From assembly GCA_039918195.1 (NCBI GenBank), contig JBDSIC010000049.1, positions 1 to 39,255 on the forward strand: a stretch of 39,255 bases of DNA, given 5' to 3'. The notes under the pieces were generated by a model that was not told where the DNA came from, searched no databases, and saw nothing but the letters and a program-made list of their open reading frames with translations. Source of the stretch: Mucilaginibacter sp. Its GTDB lineage: Bacteria > Bacteroidota > Bacteroidia > Sphingobacteriales > Sphingobacteriaceae. Position 1 is the first letter of the stretch; each line of letters begins with the position of its first letter. The position numbers were made by a program, and so were the translations under genes. Shown one piece after another: positions 37,901-39,255 of the stretch.

Positions 37901-38384
37901 ACACACGGGCGATAATTTTTCTTATCTGGTCCATGCTATATTTGCCCTTTATCAGCATATCGCGGTCAACCATGTATTTCAACCCATGCTCATTGTAGGT
38001 CGTAATATTGGTTTTCATGATGCTTAGCTGCTCGGTAACAAACCTGCCCAGCGTATCTACACGCAAGGTCTGCTCCAGGTTATCCCTCACCAGCGCCCTA
38101 AGCAGCGATACATTTTTTTCGGCAAGCGGGGCCGAAGCCTGATATGGCTCTAAAAAAGGTTTTTTACCGGTAGCACAGTAGCCACGCATACCTGTTTCAG
38201 CATCAATTAACGACTGTATCAGGTTTGAACTTACCGTTATTACCAGGTGTGTATGCTGAACCTTTGTATTGTCAGCCTCCAATTTTTGAATGCTTTTATA
38301 GGACAAAATGGCTACAACAAAAACCAGCACAATTGACAATGCAAAACCTGCCAAAACCTGGTTGCGAAAAGAAAATTTTAACAT
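34953..38384 (-). CDS. Hybrid histidine kinase CHASE3-GAF-HisKA-HATPase-3xREC
   Basis: TM-DAETGMRGY-TM, GAF-like region, long coiled coil, FLANMSHELRTPLN, three receiver domains. Confidence 0.93.
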   Translation of the reverse strand: MLKFSFRNQVLAGFALSIVLVFVVAILSYKSIQKLEADNTKVQHTHLVITVSSNLIQSLIDAETGMRGYCATGKKPFLEPYQASAPLAEKNVSLLRALVRDNLEQTLRVDTLGRFVTEQLSIMKTNITTYNEHGLKYMVDRDMLIKGKYSMDQIRKIIARVSSTEENLLASRQASTRSAALRTTFIIVTGSAIFLIIIIILFYYIQRTFAAQKKIEAEVTAANVELSRVLGENESKNWLLTGTRLLNERMQGQQDEKELAGNILGKLCKYTNAATGTLYLYDETSEQLVLSAIHAFHDPDQVKKHIKLSEGVLGQVASDHQTKLVKGKLNDKLSLTTSVLQGELVESFIAPFFYDKKLKGVIELAYSGQMTDISREYVAAVSNYIGIAINTAQARTIMQDLFEEVQQQAEELEAQQEEMRVTNEELMTKTDMLQSSEEELKAQQEELRAINAELEEKASLLEEKNQAIEEARAAINLKVKELETTGKYKSEFLANMSHELRTPLNSILVLARILKDNKYENLSVDQIKYASVIFNAGNDLLTLINDILDLSKIESGKLEMQNEDTKVADMLGDMEMLFAEVAANKKITFTTNVANTPAYIYTDKLRVEQVLKNLLSNAFKFTSEHGTISITATAETGTQKISFHVKDSGIGIAYDKQKQIFDAFQQADGSTSRKYGGTGLGLSISRELAFLLGGTISLTSEPGQGSEFTLTIPFKAKVVVSEDVIATAETFIPQHQQVLAPAKRVPGRNTEPRVVIVEDDKNFADILKDYARDHGYESTVINEGTNAAQIIKETQPDAVILDIMLPGKDGWQILKELKQDSETMHIPVHLMSAGDAAANRVRREGAISFIKKPIDTNALDKLFNDMMQQSGSKFKQILLVEDHQAQSQALKDMMESQGITVDQAFDGESAFRMLNESEYQCVILDINLPDISGLDLLDKIKAVEKFLELPVIVNTAMELDKTSVARLMQYANAMVIKTSKSSDRLIDEVNLFLNKIAETAEPVDNTSAKTKTTSKGKETLKGRKVLIVDDDMRNIFALSSALQSYDMVVEIASDGEEALAKLEEVTDVNIVLMDIMMPKMDGYEATRNIRKQNKWAKLPVIALTAKAMKDDREKCIAAGANDYITKPVDMDRLIALMQLWLDN

Positions 38385-38511
38385 TTACTTGGGTTTAGTT
38401 TATACAAAACTTAAACATTTAATACCTATACGTAAAACCGGCAATTATGGGTTATTAAAAACACACAAAATGTACACCCGGTAACTATAAAGCTGCAAAA
38501 TATGTTTTTTA

Positions 38512-38919
38512 TTACAAAATGTTTTGACGTTTGCGTTTAAAAACCACTGCCAGCGTTAAAAACGCGCCTGTAAACAGCACATACCAGCCCCACTTGAATT
38601 TTATTTTACCGGCTAAAAATTCGGCAAGCGAATTAAATGGCAAAAAGCTGAAAGAAGTATGCACTTTAAGATAGGCGGCTATATACAACAGCACAACCAG
38701 CACCAGCGATGTCCAGGCCGCAGGCCTGGCAATTTTTAACTGGTTAAACACTACCCCTATCATACCTATTACGGCTACCAGTAATATAACTATGCCATAG
38801 GGTTTGTCCATATCATAAACATTCCAGCTAAATAAACCGAACGGGCGCAACATGGGGCAGTAAGTCCCGGCAATAAGTATAATAAAACCAACCAGCGATA
38901 TTAACGACGGTATACGCAT
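38512..38919 (-). CDS. Hypothetical membrane protein (about 4 TM)
   Basis: Hydrophobic 135-aa ORF 8 nt downstream of gldC. Confidence 0.7.
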   Translation of the reverse strand: MRIPSLISLVGFIILIAGTYCPMLRPFGLFSWNVYDMDKPYGIVILLVAVIGMIGVVFNQLKIARPAAWTSLVLVVLLYIAAYLKVHTSFSFLPFNSLAEFLAGKIKFKWGWYVLFTGAFLTLAVVFKRKRQNIL

Positions 38920-38927
38920 ACAGATAA

Positions 38928-39255
38928 TTAGCGGGTTATTTCCATTTTTTCGGCAAAATGCGCGCAGTAATCGCGCAGGTCTTCAACAATATTGGTTTCG
39001 CCGGTAGCACGCAAAAAGCTGTCGCCCATGGTTTGCAGGGTTTCGTAAAAAAAGCGTTTCATTTCATCAACCGGCATATCTTTAGTCCAAAGGTCAATGC
39101 GCAGGGTATTTTTATAGCTTTGGTCCCAAAGGGCCAGCATGAAGGATTTTACAGGCAACGCCTCCTTTGATTGCGAATCGGTTGATTCCCACATGATGTT
39201 TTCCGGCACGTTTGCATCGTCCAGCGTAACGGTAAGCTTTATTTCGGCAGTTTTC
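38928..39255 (-). CDS. gldC: Gliding motility protein GldC (start codon falls just outside the window)
   Basis: KTAEIKLTVTLDDANVPENIMW...LWD...TLRIDLWTKDMPVDEMK.FF...RAT. Confidence 0.88.
   Translation of the reverse strand, partial: KTAEIKLTVTLDDANVPENIMWESTDSQSKEALPVKSFMLALWDQSYKNTLRIDLWTKDMPVDEMKRFFYETLQTMGDSFLRATGETNIVEDLRDYCAHFAEKMEITR

Overview
This 39-kb window is mostly core chromosome from a Bacteroidota organism. Gene order, TAnnTTTG promoters, A-rich SD-less starts and GldC fit Sphingobacteriaceae, probably Mucilaginibacter-like (inference). It holds a GT-C membrane protein, a His-rich leader peptide and the his operon (G-D-[lipoprotein]-C-NB-H-A-F-IE). These are followed by WD40, NlpC/P60, MarR-GNAT, ferredoxin/LuxC-like, ftsE-like, grpE-dnaJ-ppx, maf, kdsC, a RelE-type TA pair and iscX-fdx genes. 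The rest is a dispersed ccm cluster (B,C,D,E,F) interrupted by gdhA and a carboxypeptidase-regulatory-like gene, then ogt, a CHASE3-kinase/CheR/CheB/kinase cluster and gldC. The unusual signals are: (1) a DUF559/Vsr-like nuclease cassette bracketed by GC-rich inverted repeats that has replaced the hisF start and is fused in frame to HisF, with related gene-less repeat pairs nearby; (2) at least six intergenic hairpins whose arms are short degenerate tandem repeats (6-9-nt units), plus other REP-like families; (3) two otherwise intact genes (hisC and the carboxypeptidase-like gene), each broken by one in-frame TAG within the rare tetramer CTAG; (4) an orphan CheR/CheB pair beside a kinase with a Glu/Gln-pair coiled coil. 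All calls were made by eye, with no database searches.
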